A stretch of 64,000 bases of DNA from Microcystaceae cyanobacterium (GTDB lineage: Bacteria; Cyanobacteriota; Cyanobacteriia; Cyanobacteriales; Microcystaceae). This document shows, piece by piece, positions 42,410 to 53,248 of this stretch. The stretch covers positions 32,001 to 96,000 of the forward strand of contig JBGTGT010000133.1 of assembly GCA_041746575.1 (NCBI GenBank), read 5' to 3'. The notes beneath the pieces were generated by a model that searched no databases, had not been told where the DNA came from, and saw nothing but the letters and a program-made list of their open reading frames with translations. The number at the start of each line of letters is the position of its first letter. Positions within the stretch are counted from its first letter, which is position 1. Both the position numbers and the translations under genes were made by a program.

Positions 42410-44329
42410 TCACCCCTCATTTAGGCTCTTTATAATAACAAACGATGAAGTACGAAACCAGCGATTTCCATTTAAACGACGTAACCAGATTCCGCCTAAA
42501 ACGGCAGTAATTAAACTTAACCATCCAAGGGTTGATTGTAACAATAAAAAGCCACCAATGGCAAACATTGAACCAAATAAAATTAGGGAGGCGGCTATAA
42601 TTCTTAAGATATCTTGTGACAAATCTTGAGCCGGTTGTAACGTAATATCAGGTTTAAAGTTCCAGAAACCACTGGGTTTTACTCGTTCATAAAAATGGCT
42701 TAAGGTTGCCTCGGATTCGGGAGGCGTTAATACCATAGCCGTTACCCAAAATAAAGTTGTAATGGCAGAAATTGCGCCTAATCTCAGTCCAAAATCGGCG
42801 AGCATTTCGCTCAATTGAGGAACAAGGGTAATGACTAAGCCGACACAAAATCCGCCTACCATTGAAGCCAACTCTGCGGCGGCATTAATTCGCCACCAAA
42901 ACCATCTTAAAATTAACACTAATCCCGGACCAGTGCCAATAGCAATGACGAGGCGGTACATAGTTGTAATATCTTTAGCATAAAAAGCCGCTACTGCACC
43001 CAATGCCGTCACGATAATTGAGGCAATTTGTGCCATTAAAACCACTTTTTGATCAATGGGTTCTAATTGTTGAATTAGTTGTCTTTTCTCAATTTCAATT
43101 TCTTCGGAAGGGAATTCAAGGGTTTTTAAATGCTCTAGCCGTTCTTTTAAAGCCATTGCTTGAGGATAGGCGAGGGGTAAATATAAATCATTAGCAATAT
43201 AGGACGCTCCCCAGTTAATTGAAGTAGAAACCGTACTCATAAAAGCGGCAATTAAAGAAGCGACGACTAACCCTAAAAGAGCAGGGGGTAAAAAGTCTAA
43301 CATCAGCTTAGGATAACCTAATTCTCTATCGGTTAAATCAGGATAAATGACAACGGCGACAAGTGCCACTAATATCCATGGCCAAGTGCGGACAATATAG
43401 TGCATAAAATTAAAAAACCAAGCCGCTTTTTCTGCTTCTGCTTCATCTTTACATCCTAATAACCGTTGAACAAATTCTCCGCCGCCATCGCTACGACGAA
43501 ATGACCACCATTGGACGAATAAATAGGCGGAAAAAGTGGTTGCCGTAATTCCTGCAATATCACTCCACTTGAAGCTTAATCCGTCCCCTTTCACCAGAGG
43601 AATAAAAGATAAAATATCTATATCGGTCATCTCTTGAACTTGAGGAATCAATTGATGAATTCCACCCACATGATTGACGGTGATAATGGCAACAATAATT
43701 GAACCTAGCATCCCCAAAAAGAACTGAAAAAAGTCGGTTACAACAACTCCCATTAATCCTGAAACACCACAATAAACTAAGACGAAAACGCTAATACCAA
43801 CAACACTCCAAATTTTGATATTTTCTCCCGGATTAACTCCTAAACTTTGCCATAGTTGTAAAGCATCTACGACTTTTACCATCGCTAGCATGGCATAACC
43901 AATGCCAATACAATTAATAGGAACGGCAAATAAAAAGGCTTTAATTAAACGCAGTGTATCCGCCATTTTACCGCCATATCTGAGTTTCGTAAATTCGGCA
44001 TCGGTTGTCACCTGAGAACGTCGCCAAGAACGAGAAAAAAAGTAAATTAAAATAACATGAGAAACGCCAAAGCTCCACCATTCCCAATTTCCAGCAATCC
44101 CTCTAGTGGCAACGACACCACAAATATAAAGGGGCGTATCAATGGAAAAGGTTGTAGCAGCCATACTGGTTCCCGCTAACCACCATGTTAGTTTTCTTCC
44201 TCCTAGGAGAAAATGATCGGATTGACTTTCAGATGGATCTTTTTTGCGGTTATTTTTGGCTAAATATAATCCTAATGTCATGGTGATAATTAAATAAATC
44301 ACCACAATTGCCCAGTCAATCAATTGCAT
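42410..44329 (-). CDS. Sodium:solute symporter (SSS) family transporter
   Basis: 'WWLAGTSMAATTFSIDTP', 'VVVTDFFQ', 'AAFMSTVST'; more than 12 TM helices. Confidence 0.9.
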   Translation of the reverse strand: MQLIDWAIVVIYLIITMTLGLYLAKNNRKKDPSESQSDHFLLGGRKLTWWLAGTSMAATTFSIDTPLYICGVVATRGIAGNWEWWSFGVSHVILIYFFSRSWRRSQVTTDAEFTKLRYGGKMADTLRLIKAFLFAVPINCIGIGYAMLAMVKVVDALQLWQSLGVNPGENIKIWSVVGISVFVLVYCGVSGLMGVVVTDFFQFFLGMLGSIIVAIITVNHVGGIHQLIPQVQEMTDIDILSFIPLVKGDGLSFKWSDIAGITATTFSAYLFVQWWSFRRSDGGGEFVQRLLGCKDEAEAEKAAWFFNFMHYIVRTWPWILVALVAVVIYPDLTDRELGYPKLMLDFLPPALLGLVVASLIAAFMSTVSTSINWGASYIANDLYLPLAYPQAMALKERLEHLKTLEFPSEEIEIEKRQLIQQLEPIDQKVVLMAQIASIIVTALGAVAAFYAKDITTMYRLVIAIGTGPGLVLILRWFWWRINAAAELASMVGGFCVGLVITLVPQLSEMLADFGLRLGAISAITTLFWVTAMVLTPPESEATLSHFYERVKPSGFWNFKPDITLQPAQDLSQDILRIIAASLILFGSMFAIGGFLLLQSTLGWLSLITAVLGGIWLRRLNGNRWFRTSSFVIIKSLNEG

Positions 44330-44500
44330 AATATCGTCAGTCTCTATCAGTTGTAAATGACATCTGTTTCTTCTTTCTTTGCGCTAATCAGTCTGTCGAA
44401 AATTTAACCTGACTCACTAACCCAAGATTAAGAATAAGCGATTGCTTACCCAGAATAATAGCTTTAAGACGTTTTGACAAGGGAAAAGATTCAATAAAGC

Positions 44501-45112
44501 TTAAGGATTAACCGCTTGACTCTGCCATATCAAATCTTGATTTTGCCAATATTTCCAGCGATTTTGGGGATTTCCTCTTAAAGTTAAATGATCAACTTCA
44601 CTCGGAGTCAGCAATAAAAGACAAAAATAGGATGAAGGGGGGATATCGGCGGATAAATTAGTATCAAATCTTTCTGACTCACTTTCTCTTGATTTTGCAG
44701 GATGTGGCCATGTAAATTGACTTCTTGCTTTATCAGATAGATTTTGCCAAAGGGTGTGTCTGACGGTTTGTAACTCAGAATTGTCTTCTTCGGCAGATAT
44801 TAAACTCAGTTTTCCTAAAATGCGGAATTGCTCCCGGGTTTTGGCAAAATACCAACAAATTTCACCCCAAGAATGCTCAGCGATTTGCTCGACTTTTGCG
44901 CTTCTTTGATCGGTAATAAACTGTAATTGGTCCCTATGCTCTAAAAATCCTCGAAAAACGAGAGTACGGTTAGCCGGTTGGCCGTTTTTTCTAACGGTTG
45001 CCAATTGAACATAACGACTTTGGGGCTGACTACGATTATGATGTAATGCCGCCGATAAGGAAATTCGCCAAGCAGGGAAACGTTCAAGCATTTTAATGAT
45101 AATTTCCCTCAA
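44501..45112 (-). CDS. FMN-binding pyridoxamine 5'-phosphate oxidase-family protein
   Basis: 'QLATV...PANRTLVFRGF', 'TDQRSAK', 'CWYFAKTREQFR', 'VDHLTL'. Confidence 0.88.
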   Translation of the reverse strand: MREIIIKMLERFPAWRISLSAALHHNRSQPQSRYVQLATVRKNGQPANRTLVFRGFLEHRDQLQFITDQRSAKVEQIAEHSWGEICWYFAKTREQFRILGKLSLISAEEDNSELQTVRHTLWQNLSDKARSQFTWPHPAKSRESESERFDTNLSADIPPSSYFCLLLLTPSEVDHLTLRGNPQNRWKYWQNQDLIWQSQAVNP

Positions 45113-45114
45113 GT

Positions 45115-45645
45115 TTAAGCTAATCGTTTACGTAAGGATTCAGAACGTTCTTTGGCAATTTTGTTATTCGGTTCAACGGTTAAACTTTCCTCGTAGGTTT
45201 CTATGGCTTTTGTGGTTAATTGTTTTTTCTCATAAACATTCGCTAAGTTATTCAGAGCAACAACATATTCAGGATAAAGTTTAATGGCCTCTTTATAGTT
45301 ACGAATCGCCAGATCATATTGTTCCTGTGCAAAATAAGCAAAACCCAGTGCATTGTAAATGAGAGCTTGATTTTCAGGTTCAATTTTCTTGGCACTTTTT
45401 AAAGCTTTATTGAATAAATTGACCGCTTGAACATATAATTTTTTGTCAACGTAAAGACTGGCCAATTCATAGTATTCGTGCGCTGTTCCTTGCTCATCTT
45501 TTAATTTCTTTTGTAAACGAGAAAATCGGCCTTCTGTTTGACGCGTTTTCCAGATTTGACGCAGAATAAAAAGGGCTGAACTTCCTAAAATAATGATTAA
45601 GATGGAAAAATAAACAAGAGGTAAAGTTTCACTATCCATATTCAA
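45115..45645 (-). CDS. ycf37: Ycf37-like TPR protein (photosystem I assembly)
   Basis: N-terminal TM helix 'LPLVYFSIL' and three TPRs ('YNALGFAYFAQEQYDLAIRNYKEA'). Confidence 0.8.
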   Translation of the reverse strand: MNMDSETLPLVYFSILIIILGSSALFILRQIWKTRQTEGRFSRLQKKLKDEQGTAHEYYELASLYVDKKLYVQAVNLFNKALKSAKKIEPENQALIYNALGFAYFAQEQYDLAIRNYKEAIKLYPEYVVALNNLANVYEKKQLTTKAIETYEESLTVEPNNKIAKERSESLRKRLA

Positions 45646-45694
45646 ATGATGTCAAAATAAGATAAAAATTGAGCAAGATAAGGTTCACGGTTAA

Positions 45695-46453
45695 TTATAC
45701 CATTAAGGGCTTAATTCCGCCAAAGAGAGCGATTTCAAAAATTTTCATAAAGCAGTCAACATCCTGAAAACCAATCTCTCTGAGCCACTGACATTGATGT
45801 TCGACGAGAGTCAAGATATTAGCCATTTTGTCGGCTCGATTGTAATACTGATGATCAATTTCTGCTCTACTTTGCTGAGATCCGTGTTGCTGATGAAACT
45901 GATACAGAGAATCGACAAATAATTGGTCAAAGGCTCTTTCCCCTAAAGCACTACAGGATGAAACGTGTTCTAAGTTAAGAAAAATGCCACCGGGTTTGAG
46001 TAAACCGTAAATCGTTTGATAGATAGATTTTTTTTGAGCATTGGGTTGATGATGAATAGCAAAACCAGACACAATGACGTCAAATTTTTCAGGATTACCA
46101 AGACTGTTAAACCATCCTGACTGACTAAAATCTGAGACGATTAATTGGGATTGTTGCCGATAGTCTTTTAAGTTTTCTCGAGCAGACGCAATCATGGTTT
46201 CTGAAATATCTAGAAAATATCCTTTAGCACTGGGATAAGCCTGATAGATTGCCTGTCCTAAAACGCCGTTGCCACATCCTAAGTCTAAAAATTCATTGAC
46301 TTGTTTTTGTGTTAACTTAATTAACCGTAAAATCACATCAATTTGTTCAGCCGCTAGAGGAATTGCCCCTCGAACTCCCCTTAAAAAAGTCTGAGCAAGT
46401 TCTGCGCTTTGCCAAACTTTGTACGCTTTCTCTTGGCTCGATTGCTGTTGCAT
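45695..46453 (-). CDS. Class I SAM-dependent methyltransferase
   Basis: 'LDLGCGNG', 'FDVIVSGFAIHH', 'LKPGGIF'. Confidence 0.9.
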   Translation of the reverse strand: MQQQSSQEKAYKVWQSAELAQTFLRGVRGAIPLAAEQIDVILRLIKLTQKQVNEFLDLGCGNGVLGQAIYQAYPSAKGYFLDISETMIASARENLKDYRQQSQLIVSDFSQSGWFNSLGNPEKFDVIVSGFAIHHQPNAQKKSIYQTIYGLLKPGGIFLNLEHVSSCSALGERAFDQLFVDSLYQFHQQHGSQQSRAEIDHQYYNRADKMANILTLVEHQCQWLREIGFQDVDCFMKIFEIALFGGIKPLMV

Positions 46454-46578
46454 AGAATTTGAAAAATTAACTAAGAATTTGTTTTTTTCCTAAAAATAGG
46501 CTACGATTAAAGAATTGAATAGTAAACTGGCCATGCCATGACCGTTATTAGTCACTATTCCTTCTACTCTACACAACA

Positions 46579-48339
46579 ATGCTGGCGAACTTCCCTAATC
46601 TTAACAGCTATTGGGCTTATCTGATCATCGAAGAATTTATCCGACTTGACCGAGATTATTTTATTCTTTCCCCCGGTTCTCGTTGTACACCCTTAACGGT
46701 AGCTGTTGCTAATCATCCAAAAGCCAGAAAAATTATTGTTTATGATGAACGTTCGGCCGCTTTTCACGCTTTAGGTTATGCTCACGCCACAGGGAAGTCC
46801 GCTATTTTAATTTGTACCTCAGGGACTGCCGCCGCCAATTATTACCCTGCTGTCATTGAAGCCACATCGAATCATCTTCCCCTAATTATTTTATCAGCCG
46901 ATCGCCCTCCCGAATTACAACAAACAGGTGCCAATCAAACCATCAAACAAGACCATCTTTATGGACAGTATATCAAGCATTTTTTCAACTTGCCCTGCCC
47001 CACTCAAAACATTGTCCCCTCTATGGTCTTAACGACGATTGACCAAGCCGTTTATCAAAATACCAAAGGAGTAGTGCATCTTAATTGTCACTTTCGAGAA
47101 CCCCTAGCCCCGACGCCGCAGAAAATAGACCTAGATTATTTCAACCTTCTTCAACATTGGCAGAATTCGGGTCAACCTTATACTCAATATTCATCTTCGA
47201 TTGTTTTACCTCAAGATATCCATTTAAGCAAAATTGCCAATATTCTTAATCAAACTCAATCTGGAATTTTAGCAATTGGCCATTTACGAAATTTTCAAAC
47301 GCAAGAAGCAATTCTTGAACTTGCTCAACACTTAAACTGGCCAATTTTTGCTGATATTCAATCAGGTTTAAGGCTTAATTCAGGTATTCCTCAACTAATT
47401 TTCTATTTCGATCAAATTTTATGCCAAGATAACTTTACAGAAATTTATTCAATTGAAACCGTCCTCCAAATCGGCGATCGCATTATATCCCAACGCTTCA
47501 ATCAATGGTTAAAAAAAGCGAATCTTAAACACTATATAGTGGTCACAAACAATGCTGAACGCCATGATGCTGAACACATTGTATCCTATAAAATTGAAAG
47601 TCATATTTCCTCATTTTGTCAGATTTTGACTCAGAAATTACTTCCTAAAAAAGACAATAGAATTTGCCAAAAACTCCAGCAACAATCTCAAGAAATTACC
47701 CCAGTAATCAATGACTTTATATTACAAAATAAGACGATTAATGAACCTGCAATTGCTCACTTAATTTCCCGTTATATCCCTCAACATCATGGTTTATTTT
47801 TAGCCAATAGTATGGCGGTTCGAGAAATGGATATGTACGGTATTGGCAAGCGATATCCGATTAAAATTGCGGCCAATCGAGGAACAAGTGGTATTGAAGG
47901 CACAATTGCTTCTGCTACTGGCTTTTTAACCGGATTGAAACAACCTGTCACCTTGCTCATTGGGGATCTTGCCTTGCTGCATGACCTTAATTCTCTATCC
48001 TTGTTGACCTCCCTAGCCCATCCGTTAACGATTGTTTTAATTAATAATGACGGAGGAGGTATTTTTTCTTTTCTACCGATTGCCGAATTTTCAGAGATTT
48101 TTGAGCCATATTTTGGTACCCCTCACGGTCACCAATTTCGTTCTGCTGCTGAATTATTTAATCTTAATTATTATCAACCTCAAACGATACAGGAATTTAT
48201 TGATATTTATACCTTAGGGGTTCAACACGATCAACCCAGTTTAATCGAAGTCATAACCCACCGAGATACAAATTATCAACTTCATCAACAACTGCAAAGA
48301 AAAATTCAAGAAACTTTAACTCAAAAAGATTTAATTTGA
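46579..48339 (+). CDS. menD: SEPHCHC synthase (phylloquinone pathway)
   Basis: 'SPGSRCTPL', 'DERSAAF', 'CTSGTA', 'ANRGTSGIEG', 'GDLALLHD', 'NNDGGGIF'. Confidence 0.96.
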   Translation: MLANFPNLNSYWAYLIIEEFIRLDRDYFILSPGSRCTPLTVAVANHPKARKIIVYDERSAAFHALGYAHATGKSAILICTSGTAAANYYPAVIEATSNHLPLIILSADRPPELQQTGANQTIKQDHLYGQYIKHFFNLPCPTQNIVPSMVLTTIDQAVYQNTKGVVHLNCHFREPLAPTPQKIDLDYFNLLQHWQNSGQPYTQYSSSIVLPQDIHLSKIANILNQTQSGILAIGHLRNFQTQEAILELAQHLNWPIFADIQSGLRLNSGIPQLIFYFDQILCQDNFTEIYSIETVLQIGDRIISQRFNQWLKKANLKHYIVVTNNAERHDAEHIVSYKIESHISSFCQILTQKLLPKKDNRICQKLQQQSQEITPVINDFILQNKTINEPAIAHLISRYIPQHHGLFLANSMAVREMDMYGIGKRYPIKIAANRGTSGIEGTIASATGFLTGLKQPVTLLIGDLALLHDLNSLSLLTSLAHPLTIVLINNDGGGIFSFLPIAEFSEIFEPYFGTPHGHQFRSAAELFNLNYYQPQTIQEFIDIYTLGVQHDQPSLIEVITHRDTNYQLHQQLQRKIQETLTQKDLI

Positions 48340-48434
48340 ATTTGGCAAAAAAATCGGGCAAGAGTTAGGGAACAAGAAAAATGATTAACGATAAATTAGG
48401 AAACGCCTGACTCCTTTTCTTATTCGATAATTGT

Positions 48435-48668
48435 TTAGCTTTGATGACAAAGACGACGGAAATAATCACCATAAAGACGTTCTTCAAAGGGACGGTCTTC
48501 TAGAAAACAACATAACCATAACGCTTCCCCCCGACTGGTCGGATAAGTCATCTGAGCCGAAATGGCAGAAGGTTGTAATCTGACTTGAAGATTCGCTTGA
48601 TTTTCCCTAATTAAATTCCAGTAAGTCACTTCTACACTCATACAATAATCTCCTCTTAACCCGTACAT
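48435..48668 (-). CDS. Small hypothetical protein
   Basis: 77-aa ORF; AGAGGAG lies just upstream of the internal Met (MSVEVTYW), which may be the real start. Confidence 0.6.
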   Translation of the reverse strand: MYGLRGDYCMSVEVTYWNLIRENQANLQVRLQPSAISAQMTYPTSRGEALWLCCFLEDRPFEERLYGDYFRRLCHQS

Positions 48669-48959
48669 ATAATTTGATTAGCAGGACTAAACGCTGATAT
48701 ACTTTTTCGATGTTAAACAATAAGACTCATTCTCCTTTAGCTGTAATCTAGCTCTATTAATATCTAACATTAATAGACAAATTTATCTATCATTGGGTTC
48801 AGATTTGTAACGAAGATTGAAGAATAATCAACAAAATTAATTTTTCTCTCTATAGACAGAGGCTAAGAAAGGGTTTGATTATCACTCATAAAATGTGAGG
48901 AAATGCTAACTTTCAGAAAAATGCTAGGCAATAGTTTTAAAGTCATTAAAACTTGACAT

Positions 48960-49640
48960 TTAGCGTCTATCAGAATTCACCCAAAACGCTTTAATTCCGC
49001 TACGGGTTGCGCCTTCATAATCATCCGTTTGGCTATCACCAATATGCCATGCTTGAGAGGGAAGACAATGATGTTTAGCTAAAGCCAGTTGAAAGATTTG
49101 TGGGTTAGGTTTAGCCACCCCTGCATAAGAAGAAAGCGTAATACTTTCAAAAAAATGAGCAATTTTTAAACCTTGTAAAACAGTCATCAAGCGACTATCA
49201 AAATTAGAGATAACACCTAAACGAATACCTTGACGTTGCCAAAAGGTCAAAGCAGGAATAACATCAGAATAAATAAACCAAGGTTGAACCGTGGCGAAAT
49301 GATCATAAAGGGTATTAAAAAAGTCTGAAAAATTGGCAAACTGTTGTAAAACGTCTGTCTTCATAAACGTTTGTTGAGCAATCTTTAACCACCATTGCTT
49401 TTCAAGGGAGGGAATTTCCGACGCAGGAGACATCGGAAAAGCTAAAGATGTTGTTTCTTTAAAGCTCCGCAAAAAAGCTTGGTTTAAACCTTGATAATCG
49501 GTTTTTACGCCATACTGCTCGGCTAATTTGCCATAAACTTCTCCGACAGAACTTTTTAGACCGAAAAGTGTCCCCATCGCGTCTAAAAAAATCACCTTAG
49601 GTAAGGTTTTTTCCGTTTCAATAATCTGTTGTAAATTCAT
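48960..49640 (-). CDS. HAD-IA family hydrolase
   Basis: 'FLDAMGTL', 'ISNFD', 'KPNP', 'HIGDS..DD'. Confidence 0.9.
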   Translation of the reverse strand: MNLQQIIETEKTLPKVIFLDAMGTLFGLKSSVGEVYGKLAEQYGVKTDYQGLNQAFLRSFKETTSLAFPMSPASEIPSLEKQWWLKIAQQTFMKTDVLQQFANFSDFFNTLYDHFATVQPWFIYSDVIPALTFWQRQGIRLGVISNFDSRLMTVLQGLKIAHFFESITLSSYAGVAKPNPQIFQLALAKHHCLPSQAWHIGDSQTDDYEGATRSGIKAFWVNSDRR

Positions 49641-49704
49641 CGTTTACAGTGCGCTATCAAAAAACACCCTCATTAATTTCTGTCTCAGTAATCATGATCA
49701 AATC

Positions 49705-50640
49705 CTAACGAATAAACCCCATTAAGTCTTCCGTTCGCCATTCTAACGTATCTCCTAGCATCTTTCCATTGTGATAAGCCGCCAACAGGATTTCTGCTGT
49801 TTTTCCCCACGAAATGACCCCATTTTTATCTAAGGCAATCACCCCAAAATCTCGTTTATTCATTTTCCCTTCCTGCATCGACTTTTCCATCGCTTCCGGC
49901 AAACTGAATCCATCCGTCACCCGAATCACAATTTTCGACGCTAAACATTCATCAATAATATCCTCCCCAATCCCCGTACAACTCGCTCCTGCACTTGAAT
50001 TCGCATAATTTCCAGCAGGTATTGCTGAATCACTGACTCTACCGATTCTTTCTAGTCCTTTTCCTCCCGTAGATGTTCCTGCGGCAATATTACCTTGACT
50101 ATCTAAGGCAATCACCCCGATGGTTCCCCGTCGGTCTTCCTCCTCGTCGATATTAGCGTAAAGGGTAGCCATTTTCCGTTGAAAATTGTCTTTTCGCTCC
50201 TCCATCCATTCTTGAATGCGAAAATCAATCAAAGGATCATAACAGGGAATTTGTAACTCTCGCGCTAATTCCAAAGACCCCACATCCGATAAAATGCGGT
50301 CAGTTTCTGATTGTAGGTGCTTAGCCATAAAAATCGGATTTTTGACCCTTGCTGTATTAATAACGCCACTAAAACGTTGCTTTGTGCCATCCATTAAGGA
50401 AGCACTCATTCGCACTTGACCATCCGATTGTACCACCGATCCCGTTCCTGCATTAAAACGGGGTTCATCCTCTAATAATTGACATCCTAAAACCACCGTC
50501 TCTACAGCTGTCCCCCCTCGTTCTAAGAATTGGTAAGTTTGTTTAACGATGACGTGTAACGATTCTCGTACCGACTGTAATCCCCCCTTATCGTCAAGGG
50601 AACTCGCACCACCATGAATAATCAGTTTAGGGGTCATCAT
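49705..50640 (-). CDS. Isoaspartyl peptidase/L-asparaginase (Ntn hydrolase)
   Basis: 'IIHGGA', 'FNAGTGS', nucleophile 'GTIG', 'TSTGG', 'GRVSDS', 'TGIGE'. Confidence 0.92.
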   Translation of the reverse strand: MMTPKLIIHGGASSLDDKGGLQSVRESLHVIVKQTYQFLERGGTAVETVVLGCQLLEDEPRFNAGTGSVVQSDGQVRMSASLMDGTKQRFSGVINTARVKNPIFMAKHLQSETDRILSDVGSLELARELQIPCYDPLIDFRIQEWMEERKDNFQRKMATLYANIDEEEDRRGTIGVIALDSQGNIAAGTSTGGKGLERIGRVSDSAIPAGNYANSSAGASCTGIGEDIIDECLASKIVIRVTDGFSLPEAMEKSMQEGKMNKRDFGVIALDKNGVISWGKTAEILLAAYHNGKMLGDTLEWRTEDLMGFIR

Positions 50641-50790
50641 TGCTCAAAAATAGACTGTTTAGAATAAACCATATTCATATATAACATCAAAGGGCAGAGA
50701 GGGGGATAGCAGAAACAGGTCACTTTAACCCCTTTGAATCCGAACTCAGGTTAGAATTGTTTTAAGAAATATTAATAATAGGAGATTTTT

Positions 50791-51840
50791 GTGGCTCTTT
50801 ATGCAGACTTACATCGACACCTCGGTGGCTCAGTTGTTCCCCGCATTCTATGGCGTTATTTTCAACGTCATGACGATTTAATGTGCCAAAAATTTCCCCA
50901 ATATGCCAAATTTGAAGACTTTTATACCCGTGAGCGTCATTCTCTTGACGAATACTTAGAATTACATACCTTAGTGGAGAGTGTGCAAACCGCGCAAACC
51001 TTACCCTATTTTATCTATCGTTTAATTCGCGGTGCTTATATTTTTGAAAATCTAGCATACCTAGAATTGCGTTATACTCCCTATTATCGAACTGATGACA
51101 CCTTAGCACAGGCAGAACGCATCAGTCAGATGACAGATATTGTCAGAATTGTCGGTAAAGCTAGCCAAGTTCCCGAATATCCTATTATTGTCAGCCAAAT
51201 TCTCTGTATGCACTCCCGCCTTCCCTATGAAGTCAACAAGGCAATTGTGGATTTAGCGGCGACGATGGGAGATTATGTGTCAGGGATTGATATTGCTGGA
51301 GGAGATTCCCATTATCAAGACCGATTAGCGGAATTTAGCCAATTATATCGTTATGCGCGATCGCTAGGTCTAAAAACGACAGGACACCTTTATGAAACTG
51401 AAAACGGCTGTTATCCCGAGTTAATCCCCTATTTAATGCGGATTGGCCATGGAATTCAAATTCCCTTAAAGTATCCTGAACTATTACCTGAAATTGCTCG
51501 TAATGGTCAATGTTTAGAAGTGTGTCCGACCACTTATTTAAAAACAGGAACGTTACAGGATTTAAAAGTCTTAAAAGTTGTTTTTGATCGCTGTTTTGAA
51601 GCAGGAGTTGATATTGCCATTTGTACCGATAATGCTGGCTTACATAACGTTCGTCTTCCCTTTGAATATGAAAACCTCTTGACTCATGATATTATTGATT
51701 TTACTCAATTAGAAGCGTGTCAAGATGCCGCTTTTCGCCATGCCTTTGCTTGGCCCTATGGACAACGACCTGCCTATTTATTAACGAACCTACTTCAGCA
51801 ACCTGCTCAAAAATTAGAGATCGAAGATTGTAAATTGTAG
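50791..51840 (+). CDS. Adenosine deaminase family protein
   Basis: 'LHRHLGGS', 'YLELR', 'RIGHG', 'LEVCPT', 'CTDN'. Confidence 0.88.
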   Translation: MALYADLHRHLGGSVVPRILWRYFQRHDDLMCQKFPQYAKFEDFYTRERHSLDEYLELHTLVESVQTAQTLPYFIYRLIRGAYIFENLAYLELRYTPYYRTDDTLAQAERISQMTDIVRIVGKASQVPEYPIIVSQILCMHSRLPYEVNKAIVDLAATMGDYVSGIDIAGGDSHYQDRLAEFSQLYRYARSLGLKTTGHLYETENGCYPELIPYLMRIGHGIQIPLKYPELLPEIARNGQCLEVCPTTYLKTGTLQDLKVLKVVFDRCFEAGVDIAICTDNAGLHNVRLPFEYENLLTHDIIDFTQLEACQDAAFRHAFAWPYGQRPAYLLTNLLQQPAQKLEIEDCKL

Positions 51841-51892
51841 ATTTATAGTTGCCTTCATTTTAAACTAACTTACCCCTACTAATTAAAACAAA

Positions 51893-53248
51893 ATGCCAGA
51901 ATGGAAACAGGGAGAATTAATCGAACTTGAAATCACCGATGTCAGTCACTCAGGGGATGGCGTTGGACGTTTTCAAGAACGAGTCGTTTTTGTGCCAAAT
52001 ACAGTCACTGGCGACCATATAAGCGCGCGTTTAGTGCATCTCAAAAAAGACTTAGGTTATGGTCAAACTCAAGAGATTCTTTCCCCCTCTCCCCATCGCA
52101 TTCGTCCTCGTTGTCTGGTGTCCGATAAATGTGGAGGGTGTCAATGGCAACATATTAGTGACGATTATCAAAAAGAGCTTAAAGTTGCTCATATTTATAA
52201 CACGTTACAAAAAATTGGCGGATTTTCCCAGATTCCTATCTCCCCGATTCTGTCCCTTGATTCCTTAGCCTATCGTAACAAGGTCACCTATCCTTTAGAG
52301 CGTTCTTCCACTGGACAAGTCAAAGCCGGTTACTATCGTCGACAAACCCATCAAATTGTCAATCTTAATCAATGTCCCGTACAGGATTCTCGCTTAAATC
52401 CCCTCTTAACGGAAATAAAACAGGACATTCAAAATAGAGGCTGGTCGATTTACCAAGAAAAACGCCACCAAGGCAAATTACGTCATCTTTCCTTTAGAAT
52501 CGGTCGTCATACCGGAGAAATATTACTCACTCTTGTCAGTACCGATGCTAACCTACCAAATCTTAAGGAACAGGCTGAAACTTGGCTAAAACGTTATCCA
52601 AACTTAGTGGGAGTGGCAATTAACGTCAACTCTCGTCAAAATAATCTTATTTTTGGACAAGAAACCTCGATTGTGGTAGGAAAAGGTGATATCAAAGAAA
52701 AATTTGCCGATTTAGACTTATATCTCGCCTCTAATACCTTTTTTCAAGTCAATACCGAAACTGCCGAAGCCTTACTACAAACGATTCTACCGTGGTTGAA
52801 TTTACAAGGAACAGAAACCCTGATTGATGCTTATTGCGGCATTGGCACCTTTACCCTTCCTCTTGCCAAACGGCTAAAATACGCCTATGGTATCGAATTC
52901 CATGATGAATCTATCAAAAAAGCCGAATTTAACGCCAAAATTAATCACATTAACAATATTGAATTTATGAAAGGCAATGTAGAAGCGATTCTTCCCCAAT
53001 TAGCCATTCACCCCGACCTTATTTTACTCGACCCCCCCCGTAAAGGATGCCATCCGGCCGTCATTACCGCCCTACGAAACATTTTGCCCCCCAAACTTAT
53101 CTACATTAGTTGTCAGCCGGCAACTTTAGCTAGAGATTTAAAGCTTTTGTGTCAAAACGAGTGCTACCAACTTTCAAAAGTGCAACCTGCTGATTTTTTC
53201 CCCCAAACTCCTCACGTTGAGTGCGCTGTCCTTCTCGAAAAAAGATAG
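51893..53248 (+). CDS. rlmD: 23S rRNA (uracil-5)-methyltransferase
   Basis: TRAM domain, 'CGGCQWQH', 'FFQVN', 'DAYCGIGTF', 'DPPRKG', 'YISCQPATLARD', 'FFPQTPHVE'. Confidence 0.95.
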   Translation: MPEWKQGELIELEITDVSHSGDGVGRFQERVVFVPNTVTGDHISARLVHLKKDLGYGQTQEILSPSPHRIRPRCLVSDKCGGCQWQHISDDYQKELKVAHIYNTLQKIGGFSQIPISPILSLDSLAYRNKVTYPLERSSTGQVKAGYYRRQTHQIVNLNQCPVQDSRLNPLLTEIKQDIQNRGWSIYQEKRHQGKLRHLSFRIGRHTGEILLTLVSTDANLPNLKEQAETWLKRYPNLVGVAINVNSRQNNLIFGQETSIVVGKGDIKEKFADLDLYLASNTFFQVNTETAEALLQTILPWLNLQGTETLIDAYCGIGTFTLPLAKRLKYAYGIEFHDESIKKAEFNAKINHINNIEFMKGNVEAILPQLAIHPDLILLDPPRKGCHPAVITALRNILPPKLIYISCQPATLARDLKLLCQNECYQLSKVQPADFFPQTPHVECAVLLEKR

